DNA of 64,000 nucleotides from Eledone cirrhosa (Eukaryota), in the NCBI GenBank assembly GCA_964016885.1, contig OZ024743.1, positions 353,152,001 to 353,216,000 on the forward strand, in the 5' to 3' direction. Position 1 is the first letter of the stretch. Every line of letters starts with the position of its first letter. The translations under genes were made by a program, and so were the position numbers. The notes beneath the pieces were generated by a model that did no database searches, was not told where the DNA came from, and saw nothing but the letters and a program-made list of their open reading frames with translations. Shown here piece after piece: positions 1-19,839 of the stretch.

Positions 1-277
1 TGCTGGACACCGCCAGAGGACGATAGCCACTGTGTTTTTTGCATAACTACGGCTTTCTAAATGTTTATCTATAAACATACCATGTTTCTTTAGAAATACG
101 AAATTCTAATACATATCTGTATATAACATGAAGCTAAATCCTAATTCTATTCTATTATAAGTTGAGCCAACTTATGCAGCATCATATGCAAATGAGATTA
201 ATCAACTCATTTACATAGACGGGAAAACAATATATTCTCGACTCTTTTCAAGTCCAGCAGCCGCAAGAGTGGATGGG

Positions 278-321
278 GTCGTCCTGATGAGAACTAGTTA
301 AGTTCGAAATGTATCGACGAT
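278..321 (+). ncRNA. Minimal type I hammerhead ribozyme (PLE terminus)
   Basis: GTCGTC-CTGATGA-GAAC(tagttaa)GTTC-GAAA-TGTA-TC-GACGAT: stem I GTCGTC/GACGAT, stem II GAAC/GTTC, vestigial stem III, AUC cleavage triplet; directly upstream of a (CA)n/(TA)n array. Confidence 0.85.
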
Positions 322-353
322 TGTCCCCCTTGCTTTTTTAGAAATACAAAATT

Positions 354-755
<402 letters not shown>

Positions 756-767
756 TATTGCAGGGTG

Positions 768-906
<139 letters not shown>

Positions 907-934
907 TTGCAGGGTGTTATATATATATATATAT

Positions 935-2431
935 AAATCTGTATTCCAATGTTACTAAGTAGTCGTATTGGATGGAGTCAACCGACGTCGGAGATTGCTC
1001 AACGTATAATAAAGTGTGTTTTAAAATCCGGAGAAAATATGAAGAAGAAGTTTATGAAACGGAAATGGGGTATAAAGAATGTATTAGGTAACAATTGTTT
1101 CTATAGTGTATGGGTTACCTATACCTCACTATTTGTATTCGCTAAGGCTAACTCGGACCTCACAAACGAGGAAATTAATATTATACTTGAAGCTAGACGC
1201 ACAGTAGTTCATTTTGAAAATAGTTATTGGGTCCGCAGAGATAGACCCTCGGAATTTGACATTACGATGGGTTCTAATGATTCGGCGGAGGTTACGGATC
1301 TGGTTGGGATCTATATAGCCCACAGACTCCAGAGCGAATTTACTGACCTCCACGGTGGAATCTACCGCGATGATGCACTTCTATTAGTCAAGAATATGAA
1401 CAAACAAAACCTAGAAAGGCGACGTAAAAACATTAGGAAACTTTTCTTAGAACTAGGGCTTAATATTACCTTCGAACACAATCTTAAGGTGGTCAACTTC
1501 TTGGATGTCACCTTCAACCTTAATAACGGTAATATAAAGCCATTTCACAAACTTAATGAAAATCTCAAGTACGTTAATGTAAAATCGAACCATCCCCATT
1601 CCATTATTAAAATGCGCTCCGTAACAACCCTCGCCGATAAAGCCTGGCAGCTTCGGAGGAACAATCAAACATTCTCCCTTGATTGGCAAATTATTTAAGT
1701 TGGGCCTGCATATAAGCAAAATCATGGATTCTGTAAATTATGCAATATGGAGATATACTGCATTTTAACGTCGGAAAACAAACTCTTGAACAGCAAAATT
1801 GAACGTTCACTTTACTGTAACCATCGTTTGAAAACGACTTTTTCTTTTTTAAATGCATGTAATGTTACCTTTTTACACCACCGTTTGCAAATTTTTGTTT
1901 TATATGTTTATACACACGATATGGCTTTCTATAATAATAGTACTAAACACTGTTTTTTGGACCCCTTTAGAAATAACCTGCTACTATAATAGCCCCAATA
2001 ACTTGTCTGTAATTCTGTACTACTTTGACCCCTTTAACTAAATTTTGTCCAAACAACACCACTAGAAGAATTTACTTCCCCCGCCAACCCTAACACGCCT
2101 CATTAAGCTAACTGCTGCCAAAACATTTTTTCCTTACAATCTCTACTACTCTGACAGTCTTAAATCCTAAGACTCCCTCCCCCTTACTCGCTTCCCTCTT
2201 CCTCTTCCCTTCCTACCTCCTTCTTTCTCTTATATCTAGTGTATAAAATATTTTCATATCATTCTACCACTAAGGTCTGACGACATGGTGTGTTTTCTTA
2301 CAGTGTACCTACGATTTATGATAATATTTTTATATTATACAAATAGCGAGGTATAGGTAACCCATACACTATAGAAACAATTGTTACCTAATAAATTCTT
2401 TATACCCGCATTTCCGTTTCATAAACTTCTT

Positions 2432-2440
<9 letters not shown>
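935..2440 (+). mobile_element. 5'-truncated, internally deleted Penelope-like element (Naiad-like RT) with inverted terminal arm
   Basis: ORF 949-1698 contains FDITMGSNDSAEVTDLVG, GIYRDDALL, VNFLDVTFNL, SNHP, then jumps to the GIY-YIG C-terminus (TTLADKAWQL..CKLCNMEIY); about 1040-1140 is the reverse complement of about 2335-2435; (TA)n on both sides. Confidence 0.9.
2273..2389 (+). ncRNA. Hammerhead ribozyme with very long stem II loop
   Basis: AGGT-CTGACGA-C-ATGGTGTG...TACACTAT-A-GAAA-CAATTG-TT-ACCT; stem I AGGT/ACCT; palindromic stem III ACAATTGT. Confidence 0.7.
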
Positions 2441-2482
<42 letters not shown>

Positions 2483-2485
<3 letters not shown>

Positions 2486-2900
2486 CACCCTGCAATAGAT
2501 TGCTTATAAACACTGTTGTCGTTCGTATTCGCGAAATTAAGTGAATAATTAACAGCTTTGTGAGTATATAAATGCAATACTTAATCTGACATATGAAGCC
2601 CTACCACTAATGATGACATACCAGGTAGAATAGATTGTAATATAGTGAGTAAAATGTTTGATGCCAACGAATTTGCTCGAATTCCGTTCTGCAGCACCAA
2701 ACATCCAATGTCTTCCACGCCACTTTCCTCTGTGATATTACCGATACATATATTTTGACTCCACTGTAATCAGAATCTTGTGCCATACAATCCTCCGAAT
2801 TACTTTGGATGTGCTGCTCGCTCATATCTCTACCTCAAATTTGGAGCCAAACTTAGTTTAAGGGTAAACTGTCGCCCAAATACACAGGAAATGAATTACG
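2483..2900 (-). pseudogene. Merlin (ISXO2/IS1595-like) DDE transposase relic
   Basis: Minus-strand translation across stops and frameshifts gives VESKYMYR*YHRGKWRGRHWMFGAAERNS, ILPG..IIS and HKAVNYSLNF...KQSI, matching Merlin motifs ES..RKYHRG..W.FG..ER and H..VNHS.NF. Confidence 0.6.
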
Positions 2901-3040
2901 GTGAAGGATCGATGTAAAGGACAAATAGAAAGAAAGTCCATTAAACTGAAGGAAACCCAGGGGCCATTTTTATTGTTTTTAATCTAAAATTACCTTCAAT
3001 ACAATGTAAACTATTTCATAATATAAAATTATTCTATTAT

Positions 3041-3221
3041 AATTGTTTCTACTTTTGGCACAAGGCCAGTAATTACCCAGTGTATTACTGGTACTTTATT
3101 TTATCGACCCCATAAGGATGAAAGGCAAAGTTAACCTCGGCGGGATTTGAACTCAGAATGGCAAAGGGCGTAACTCTATGCGTCAAAGCATGGCGTCCGA
3201 CCCTCTACCGATACTGCTAAT
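3041..3221 (-). mobile_element. tRNA-derived SINE with Nin/Deu-type central domain
   Basis: Reverse complement has A-box GCAGTATCGG, B-box GAGTTCAAATCC, central GCCTTTCATCCTTA.GGGGTCGATAAAATAAAGTACCAG and an (ATT)n-like tail; many copies in the window. Confidence 0.85.
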
Positions 3222-4984
3222 AAACTATTATAATTGAATAATATTTACTTACCTTTAAGACTCTGTAGTTGAAGATGTTGGGGTTTAATTGTGGTAAGAT
3301 AGTCCTTTTTATTTAGTAGTTGAAGATAGAGCTGAAGAATCCTCAGACAACTAGTGCTGTCTGTTTGTGGTGTATAGGCTGTTAGAAGTGAAACAAGAGT
3401 GGGAGTCGGTGAAATTGGCTTAAAGAAGACATCCAGTTACAGTCGCTTGTCACTAATATTGTTTCTTAATTATGGCCACTCGAGTTGTAGAAAATATTCA
3501 TAGTCAGAGACAATTTCAGGATCGGATGTACTTATGAAATGAATGGTGATACCCTTGAGATTCCTTATTTCAGACAGTATTAGCTTCTTTCTTAATGTTT
3601 TCTCTTTTTTTTTTTTTTTTTTTTGCCTTGCTATACACAGCCTCGTCCATAACCTTTTACTCAGTAAAGATTTAATAGACAGAATAACTTTGGTCATTTA
3701 AGCCATCTCCGAACATCATCTTCACTTGTTTCTCAGTTGCCATCATTTACAAAAGTTAGCTCAAAGTAATTTGCCTTTAATCCTTCAAAATGTCATACAA
3801 CGTCTCCCAAGCATTGACCAAAGTAATTTTTTCTTTATCTCTTATCAAACAATTGTGTCCCCACTCCGCTTCCTTGCATCTTTTTCATCTTCCAATTCAA
3901 CCATCATCTCTTTCAAAAAATTCCTTTTATATTGCTTGGGGACTAGAATTAATCTCTGTTCAACTGACTAAATAACTGAAGTTGTGTTAATATTAGTCGA
4001 CCAGCGGATTTCTAGGAATATGACGGTATATCAAGCCAGCTTCATCGGTATAGTAAGCATGTAATAAGATAAAGCCCTCAAATTTATAAGTTTTAAATTG
4101 TGAAGTATTCGCATTCACATATTCACTAGAGATTTTCCAGGTCTATACAGCTAGAGGTTTTCATGTTTACTACAACTACGCATTAACAATACATTCCATG
4201 TGATTTCCAAGAGTTTCATATGAATATTTCAACTCGAGACTCATAAAGAAATACCACAAACTCTTCTTTTTACCTTGCCATATTGTCATGTATTTTACAA
4301 AGTTGGTCTTTTGTTTGCATATATAGAACACATTTTTTACACAGTAAATTTCACAAACACCTTGTTACTGAGATGCTATGTTCTAATTTAACAATTAGCT
4401 TTAATTTCTTTGCCTTTTTGATCTTCACGGGTTTCTTTTAACTCGTAATTTGACTTGATGCTATTTTAAATAGGAAAAATCGCTACACTTAAAAAAAATA
4501 AAGTAATTTGTATGTCACTGGAATAATCTGTATATAACTTGACCACCGGATAATTTGAGGCAGAAAGCATCTCTACATTATGCTCCTCAAAAACAAATAT
4601 GATATAAAGTTCGCACGTTCTTGTCCACACACACGCACATACACACATAGTCACTGTTGAAAACACCCCTTATACACAGCCTTTTCTGTTTTTATCTTAC
4701 CAAACTTTTAATTTTCATTATTAAGAAAACTTGCAATTTCCATCTCATTTATTTCTACACAGCACACATCTCGCTTCCACTCTATCATTTCTAGAATGTC
4801 TCCAGATCTATCGTTTACCTGTACATGAAACGAAGAGGAAATTTCTACAAGCGGTGCTGGTCGATTGATGTTTATCTGTGCCTGAAAGGAAGAGAATGTA
4901 TATTTAAGTATACTAAATGACGGGATTCACGAGCGGAACGCCTTTGATTCAAGATTTGTTTGATCAGATTTGATTTGAAGCCAA

Positions 4985-5197
4985 AATAACAATTTTGTAC
5001 ACAGGTTCACGGCCAGAATTTTGAGGGTAGGAAACAGTTGATTATATCGACACCAGTATGTGACTGGTACTTTATTTTATATCGACCCTAGAAAGATGAA
5101 AAGTAAAGTTGACCTCAGCGGGATTTGAGCTCAGAACCGAAACAAATACCCAAGGTCTTTTGTCCGATCTATTACCAATTGTATCAACCCAACACCC
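4985..5197 (-). mobile_element. Diverged SINE of the same Nin/Deu-domain superfamily
   Basis: ctggtactttattttatatcgaccctagaaagatgaaaagtaaagttgacctcagcgggatttgagctcaga. Confidence 0.7.
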
Positions 5198-5638
5198 TCA
5201 TTTGTAACTAGATAATAAAAGCAACTATATTTAGTAAATCATTTGAGAAGTTGAAGGATTTCACTTCATATGTGTGGCGACTGCTGTCTATTTCACTACA
5301 TCTATTCTGGTTCTTTGTCAATCTGCCAGATCTCCCACTTCACCATGTATACATCATTTGCGCTGTGTATAGAGTATTAAGTTCCTATATACATCTGTAT
5401 TACATGTTATGTAAGGTTTCTTCTCAAATGTCACCTGGATTTTACGCGCTCTAATTCTAACTTCAACTGTTTGGTTTTCAGATTATAAATCATTTTTCTA
5501 GTTTTAAATATTTTACTGCTCTAAACTTTCTTGAATGAAAATCAGGCTATTACTCCCGCACACACGCTACCACACACACGCACATACATACATACATACA
5601 AATATACAAACATACATACATACACACATTTATATATA

Positions 5639-5674
<36 letters not shown>

Positions 5675-5782
5675 CATACATACATACACATGTGCGAAAC
5701 ATGTGAAAGTGCAAACACGTGAGAACAATACAGTAAAATGATGATATATATTAATTTAACGCTTGATATAGTATGAAAAGTG

Positions 5783-5818
5783 TCATAACATTTCGAACGT
5801 TGGTTCTTCTTCGGAAGA
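5783..5818 (-). ncRNA. Minimal hammerhead motif (family also at 32233 and 39408)
   Basis: rc: TCTT-CCGAAGA-A-GAAC(caac)GTTC-GAAA-TGTT-ATGA, followed by the family tail caagcgttaa. Confidence 0.55.
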
Positions 5819-5994
5819 TGCAATGAGAAAGAAAAGAAGAAATATAAGAGTAGACGAGACTAAGAAAAGAAAGAAAATGAGGTAGTGTCCCGGCGGTGAG
5901 CCATACCGTCTCAAATTGATTCCACAAGTTTTTTCTCGTCTTCCCGACCTTCGCACTGCAGACACACAGACACACATACACACGCACTCACACT

Positions 5995-6089
<95 letters not shown>

Positions 6090-6092
<3 letters not shown>

Positions 6093-7012
6093 TTAGTTAA
6101 GCCAAACAAGACCACAGATTTCACAAGGAAGACATTATTAAAAGATTGTCAACATATTTTAGTTTGATGTAAGGAATGTAGATAATAATAATAATAATAT
6201 TAATAAATTCCAAGGGCGGTGCCCCAGCATGGCCTCAGCCGGATGGCTGAAACAGGTAAAAGAGTAAAAGAGTAAATGATAATGTCCGTTTACAATTGTT
6301 TCGCTACTCCATATAATATTTCTGGATTAAATGATTATATATCATTATTGATCTGGTTCAGTTGAAAATAATTAACATAGGTAGAACTAGAGCAGCTCAT
6401 CGGAACTTCAAAAGACCCATAGGCAGATCTCACACAATGCAGCCTCGACAGAAGAATACTGCTCCACTATGGCAGACAATTGATATACCCAGGACGCCAT
6501 AGTGAAATACCAACATATGGAACATTACATTTATGTAACATTCTTTCCTTATTTTAATTTATATTCCTTTTGAAGTTCCGATGTGCTGCTCTAGGTCTAC
6601 CTATGTTAATTATTTTCAACTGAACCAGATCAATAATGATATATAATCATTTGATCCAGAAATATTATATGGAGTAGCGAAACAATTGTAAACGGACATT
6701 ATTATTATTAATATTATTATTATTATTCTCTACATTCCTTACATCAAACTAAAATATGTTGACAATATTTTAATAATGTCTTCCTTGTGAAATCTGTGGT
6801 CTTGTTTTGCTTAACTAATGAATATTTCCAGCTCTGTACACCTAACCTCTGAATGAACCTAGCCACCTAACTGCCTTCCACTTCATATTGCACATTGAGC
6901 ACATGCCTTTACGCTTTGGCTTCTAACTAATTCACCAATCTCTCCTCTCCTATCTCCTCTCCTATCTCCTCTCCTATCTCCATCTCTCTCTTTAAGATTG
7001 ATTACTCTTGAA

Positions 7013-7015
<3 letters not shown>
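6090..7015. mobile_element. Non-coding inverted-arm PLE remnant with HHR in both arms
   Basis: 6090-6415 is the reverse complement of 6570-6825; a SINE-tail fragment is inserted at about 6210-6275; flanked by (TA)n. Confidence 0.75.
6288..6406 (-). ncRNA. Hammerhead with about 80 nt stem II loop (mutated + copy at 6575-6693)
   Basis: rc: GTT-CCGATGA-GCTGCTC...GAGTAGC-GAAA-CAATTG-TA-AAC. Confidence 0.65.
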
Positions 7016-7080
<65 letters not shown>

Positions 7081-7085
<5 letters not shown>

Positions 7086-7425
7086 ATATAGAAATGGCTT
7101 CTACAGGACTAGAACTGTTTCATTCGAGGGAAATCACCAGGAAGCCGACTGTCCAAGTGGTTACGCCCGATTGAACCCGGGATAAACTTATCTTTTAGCA
7201 CTCACTTTGCCCCTCTTAACCATCACCAAGAAACCATGCTGACCAAACTCGACCCCGATGTCTCCATGCCATACTACTTGGACAGTCGGCTTCCTGATGA
7301 TTTCTCCCGAATGAAACAGTTCCAGTTCTGTAGAAGCCATTTCTATATTAAATATTTATACTCTGCTTTATATTGAGTACCTTACTTACTGTGGTTACCT
7401 CCGACTGAACCCGGGATAAACTTAT
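7081..7425. mobile_element. Short inverted-arm PLE remnant with two HHR copies
   Basis: 7081-7158 is the reverse complement of 7276-7355; a further partial copy lies at 9378-9485; bounded by (TA)n. Confidence 0.75.
7288..7338 (+). ncRNA. Type I hammerhead with full stem III (inverted copy 7096-7146; decayed copy 9378-9426)
   Basis: GGCTTC-CTGATGA-TTTC(tccc)GAAT-GAAA-CAG(ttccagtt)CTG-TA-GAAGCC; GUA cleavage triplet. Confidence 0.85.
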
Positions 7426-7519
7426 ATATATATAGTAGAGTGTGGTAAAATGAAAGAGTCGGCTGAGCTCTTGCCGTTTCAACAGCTAGTCCTAAAACTA
7501 CCCGCCGGGGTCACGACTC

Positions 7520-7574
<55 letters not shown>

Positions 7575-7684
7575 TGCTGAAGTTTGCTTGAAGCATTGTG
7601 GAATAATAAAATTGGTTGTTTTGGAAGCCTCAACAATGCAGATGGGTAAATCTCCGGGTAACAGAATCAGGTGGTAATGAGTGT

Positions 7685-8430
7685 CTAGCAACCACCGTTG
7701 CTCATTTGTTCAACACTGACAAAGGAACGCTGTACTAGTTTCAAGCTTATTAGCTATCGTCAGCAACGTATACCTTCCTGCCAGATTGTTGAACGTATAT
7801 ACTTACCTTATGCATATTAACGGCTGAGTAGCCCAATTTGCATATCGAGTGGGTTAATGTACACATATATATATATGTACGTATGGATTCACCAAACATT
7901 TATTATAATGCTCGGTGTGTTTGTAAACAAACATCCCGTATTAAGCCGTAGTGTGCATGTATGTGTATATATATATATACTACTGTACGTCTATGTACGT
8001 GTACATACTTATATTTAAGTAACAGCCCTACTAAGAGTGGGAAATGAAATTTCGTTTCATTTTTTCCGTTTATCGTTTTCGGTACCCCGGCCGATTAACC
8101 CACTCGATATGCAAATTGGGCTACTCAGTCGTTAATATGCATAAGGTAAGTATATACGTTCAACAATCTGGCAGGAAGGTATACGTTGCTGACGATAGCT
8201 AATAAGCTTGAAACTAGTACAGCGTTCCTTTGTCAGTGTTGAACAAACGAGCAACGGTGGTTGCTAGGCACTACGGCTTAATACGGGATGTTTGTTTACA
8301 AACACACCGAGCATTATAATAAATATTCGGTAAATCCATACGTACATATATATGTGTGCATGTATGTATATATATATACATACTACTGTACGTCTGTATA
8401 CATATATGTATGTACGTGTACATACTTATA
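7685..8430. mobile_element. Rearranged inverted-arm PLE remnant
   Basis: 7685-7857 is the reverse complement of 8095-8270; 7865-7950 is the reverse complement of 8272-8355; 7953-8013 is repeated at 8355-8430. Confidence 0.75.
8183..8225 (+). ncRNA. Minimal hammerhead (inverted copy 7727-7769)
   Basis: ACGTTG-CTGACGA-T-AGCT(aata)AGCT-T-GAAA-CTAG-TA-CAGCGT; palindromic stem III ACTAGT. Confidence 0.88.
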
Positions 8431-8432
8431 CT

Positions 8433-8511
<79 letters not shown>

Positions 8512-8515
<4 letters not shown>

Positions 8516-8730
8516 TAAGGTGTGGTAAAATACCAAGTGGACCATAACCCACCAGAGTACTCGATACTTGGGGTAGTAGAAATATTCAGGGCCCCGACGG
8601 CTGAGCTCCGGCCGTTTCGACAGCTAGATCCGAACTAAATAGCTAGCTTCCTGCCGTTCGAATACCGCCTATTTAGTTCTCGCTGTCGAAACGGCCGGAG
8701 CTCAGCCGTCGGGGTCCTGATTGTTTTCAT
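8512..8730. mobile_element. Short tail-out pair related to the 41.7-45.0 kb PLE terminus
   Basis: ccccgacggctgagctccggccgtttcgacagc and its reverse complement; 8520-8580 resembles the reverse complement of 44895-44960; a related fragment is at 7440-7525. Confidence 0.7.
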
Positions 8731-8734
8731 ATAT

Positions 8735-9353
<619 letters not shown>

Positions 9354-9482
9354 GTGAGAGAGAGAGAGAGAGGGGGGGCTTCTACAAGACTAGAACTGTT
9401 TCATTCGGGAGAAATGATCAGGAAGCTTTGTATTGAGTGCCTTATTTACTGTAGTTACCCCCGATTGAACTCGGGATAAACT

Positions 9483-9930
<448 letters not shown>

Positions 9931-9945
9931 CATGTGAGTGTGTGA

Positions 9946-10012
<67 letters not shown>

Positions 10013-10149
10013 CGTGTGCGTGCGCGCGCGCGCGCGCGTGTGTGTGTGTGTGAGACTGTACGTTTAGAATTTTCCCATTTCACAGTGAAACGGGTCGTTC
10101 TACAATAGAGCATAAAGCTCTAATAAATATTGAAACGCTAAAGATCAAT

Positions 10150-10585
10150 CTTCTTCTTCTTCTTCTTCTTCTTCTTCTTCTTCTTCTTCTTCTTCTTCTT
10201 CTTCTACTACTACTTCTTCTTCTTCTTCTTCTTCTCCTCCTCCTCATCCCTCTTCTTCTTCCTCTTCTTTTCGCCTACTTATTCCTGAGAGGTTCGTGGA
10301 GTCAGAGTCCTCAAACACTCCTTCCAGCGGGTCCTATCAGTAACAACCGTCTCTAATTGATCCTGTTGGATCCCCAAGCAAGACCAGTCTAACTCATAGA
10401 TGTTATCCAGCCATCATGCCAAGGGGTCTATCACTGGGTCTCCTGCCTGTTGCTTTTGTCCGTAAAATCTGCCTTGCAATTTTTTCCTGGGATATTCTAA
10501 CCACATGTCCGTAATATTGGAGCTGTGATCTCTCAATTCGGAGAAGTAGTGGCTCTATCTGAAGCGACACTCTGATCTCCGAGTA
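10150..10585 (-). mobile_element. RTE LINE 3' fragment with (GAA)n tail
   Basis: rc translates LRIERSQLQYYGHVVRISQEKIARQIL...DRTRWKECL; (TTC)n 10150-10235 is the tail; a sister copy is at 34870-35150. Confidence 0.75.
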
Positions 10586-10909
10586 ACATTACTCCAAAGA
10601 TATACACACACGCGCCATGCACACGCACACAAACACACACACGTGCACACTCACATTATATATATATATATATATATTGTATATATTGTATATAATGTTA
10701 TTCAGGTCGAGTCCTGTTGTTATGGAGTTTCATCTGTGTTTACAGCCATATATAGATAGATAGATAGATATTACAGATAGACATACACATGCAGAGAGAG
10801 AGAGGGGGGGGAGAGGGGAGAGGGGGAGAAAGAGAGAGACTGATAGATATACATACACACATATATATACGCGAACTCACACACATGCATGCATATATAT
10901 ATTCACACG

Positions 10910-11044
<135 letters not shown>

Positions 11045-11072
11045 TATATATATATACAATGATATTAAATAA

Positions 11073-11103
<31 letters not shown>

Positions 11104-11109
11104 TATTGT

Positions 11110-11390
11110 AACTGGCAGACTAAAAGAAAACGAGGATATCTTGAAATGTGTCAGATGTATGACGGGAAAGAACTAGCAGTAAAGGCTCACATGACATGAT
11201 GTTACAGGAACTGCTCATATAACTTGCTAGATGTAGGTGATAGTTTCTGCTACCTGGGTGACCTAATTAGTGGTTAAGGTGGTTGTTGTAAATAAACAGT
11301 ATCTAGAGTAGAAAAAAGAAACAGCAGGGGTGGAGTAGAAAAAAGTAGGTCAGTGTGCTGTCAGTAACAAAGGCGCCTTTTCTCTCTCCC
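11110..11390 (+). mobile_element. RTE LINE internal fragment
   Basis: LDVGDSFCYLGDLIS, homologous to 50060-50105 (EVVDSFRYLGDQIS). Confidence 0.55.
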
Positions 11391-11599
11391 AGTCTTATTC
11401 CTTCTCTCTTTATCTCTTCTAGTGTATCTATCTACGAGATAGATAGATAGACAGATAAATAGATGAATGGAAGGATGGATGGGAAGGTAAGTAGATATAT
11501 ATATAAGATCGATCGTCTTTCGTCAAATCGGATCGAGGAAACAATGTTTTCGTCGATCTTTCCGGTTGCTAATACTATCGTTTCGCAACTCCAGGTAGA

Positions 11600-11717
11600 A
11601 GGGGCAACGTGAAATAAAGTGTCTTGCTCAAGCACATAACGTATCGCCCGGCCCAGGAATCGAACTCACAACCTCAAGAATGTGAATCCAATTCTCTAAC
11701 CACTCAGCAATACGCCT

Positions 11718-11720
<3 letters not shown>
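11600..11720 (-). mobile_element. tRNA-derived SINE head
   Basis: rc: TTGCTGAGTGGTTAG (A box), GAGTTCGATTCC (B box), cttgagcaagacactttatttcacg. Confidence 0.65.
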
Positions 11721-11807
<87 letters not shown>

Positions 11808-11808
11808 A

Positions 11809-13133
<1,325 letters not shown>

Positions 13134-13205
13134 GTGTATATATATATGTATATAAAATAAAATAAAATAAATAAGTCAAATGTTTAAAATTTGGCTTCAT
13201 TTATT

Positions 13206-13260
13206 ACTGCTATATATATTTCGGTGACAGCAATCTTTGGCTGTGATCTCTTCAGGCAGT
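13206..13260 (-). ncRNA. Hammerhead motif
   Basis: rc: ACTGC-CTGAAGA-GATCACAGC(caaagatt)GCTGTCACC-GAAA-TATATA-TA-GCAGT. Confidence 0.75.
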
Positions 13261-13370
13261 CCAAAGTAGTGTGGTAGAGACGAGTACACATGTTGTTTAG
13301 GTGTTTAACTTTGTCAATACTCTGATATGCCCAGTTCCTGGTTGGGTTGTTATTTCACTGAGGAACTGGA

Positions 13371-13418
<48 letters not shown>

Positions 13419-13425
13419 TATATAT

Positions 13426-14003
<578 letters not shown>

Positions 14004-14044
14004 CATATATATATACATATATATATACATATATATATATATAT

Positions 14045-18533
<4,489 letters not shown>

Positions 18534-18535
<2 letters not shown>

Positions 18536-19830
18536 AGGAGGTTATAGTTCACTTGAAGCATTGTGAAATGAGGTATAAATGTTTGTATATGTATAATAAA
18601 GCCAAAATAATGCACGTATGGACGTAGAATAAAGAATGCAAATGCAAAAGATATTGTTGACAATTAGTCTTTTACCTTAGATTTATTTAAATGTCCTTAA
18701 TTTTCGAGATAATATCTCTTCTTCAGAGCGAAGTAAAGTTGTCAACCAGTGTTCTAAATTGCTTGCCAAGTCATGCTGACAGGAAATGGTATAGAGTATC
18801 CGTTCTATCTCTAATGTCAAAGAGTTAAGATTAAAAGGGGTTTTGGGGGGGTTATATATATGCCTGTTTAAGTGTGTGGGAGAATGCATGAAGGTGTAAG
18901 TATGTGAGTGTGTGTGTGTGAGTGTGAGAAGATATGTCTATTCGTAAATGTGGGGGATAGGTGTTATTTCGTGTTAGAACTGGTTTTGTGTGTGTATGTG
19001 TGAGAGAGAATAAGTGGAGGTGTAAGCGTGTGTGTGTGTGTGTGTGCGTGCGTGTGTGTGTGTGGGGGGTGTAAATATGGGGCTAGAAGCTCTATCAAGT
19101 TATAAATTGGGTGTTGAGTTCTAGTCTATTATTGATTGGTGGTTGTGTTTTGTCTATAATTAGTGCTTCCTTAATTCTAAGATTGCCGAGGTTTCTTTCC
19201 TTGTTTTCTATTCTAACTGTTATGGTTTTGTCGGTGTTTTTGCATTTAACTAGGTGTTTCTTAAAGGAGGAAGCGTTAGTATTGAGGTGTTCTTTTATTC
19301 TTATGTGGAGTGGTCTGGTGGTGCTACCTACGTAGAAGTTGTTGCATTTGTCACACTCTAGTCTGTTTACTACGTAAGCTTGGTGGCATAGGTCTGTGTC
19401 GTTGATGGGGCAGTTGGCTAGTCTGCAGCAGTTGTCATGTCTGGTGGAGTGTCTTTTGGTTAGCTGTCCGCGTAGAGAAGGACCTGAGTGGGCCAGTTGG
19501 ATATCTAGTCCCTCTCGTCTGATAGCTCTGCGGATGGCTGTTGTTGTTTCTTCACTGAAGTGTGGGAGCTTCAGGAAGCAAGTGTTAGGTTTCCTCCTAA
19601 GTTGTTGGGCCTCTGGTCTGCTCTGTCTCTTAGTATACCTGTCTACTATTTGTCTAATCTTATTTCTAGCTATGGTGAACTGTGCCTCTGTCTCGTCATC
19701 TATTTGTTGATGACGAGATGACGAGACAGAGGCACAGTTCACCATAGCTAGAAATAATATTAGACAAATAGTAGACAGGTATACTAAGAGACAGAGCAGA
19801 CCAGAGGCCCAACAACTTGGGAGGAAACCT
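18534..19830 (-). mobile_element. PLE 3' fragment (GIY-YIG and 3' UTR) with short inverted duplication at its 5' end
   Basis: CFLKLPHFSE..CPINDTDLC..LECDKCNNFYVGSTTRPLHIRIKEH..IKEALII..PPINN; HHR-like CTGAAGA-A-GAGAT/ATCTC-GAAA at about 18693-18730 (minus); 19588-19700 is inverted at 19715-19830. Confidence 0.85.
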
Positions 19831-19839
19831 GTAGAAGGC

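Noticed and set aside
3460-4460. Possible old DNA-transposase relic on the minus strand
   Set aside because: Only faint motif resemblance through many stops; cannot be supported without a search
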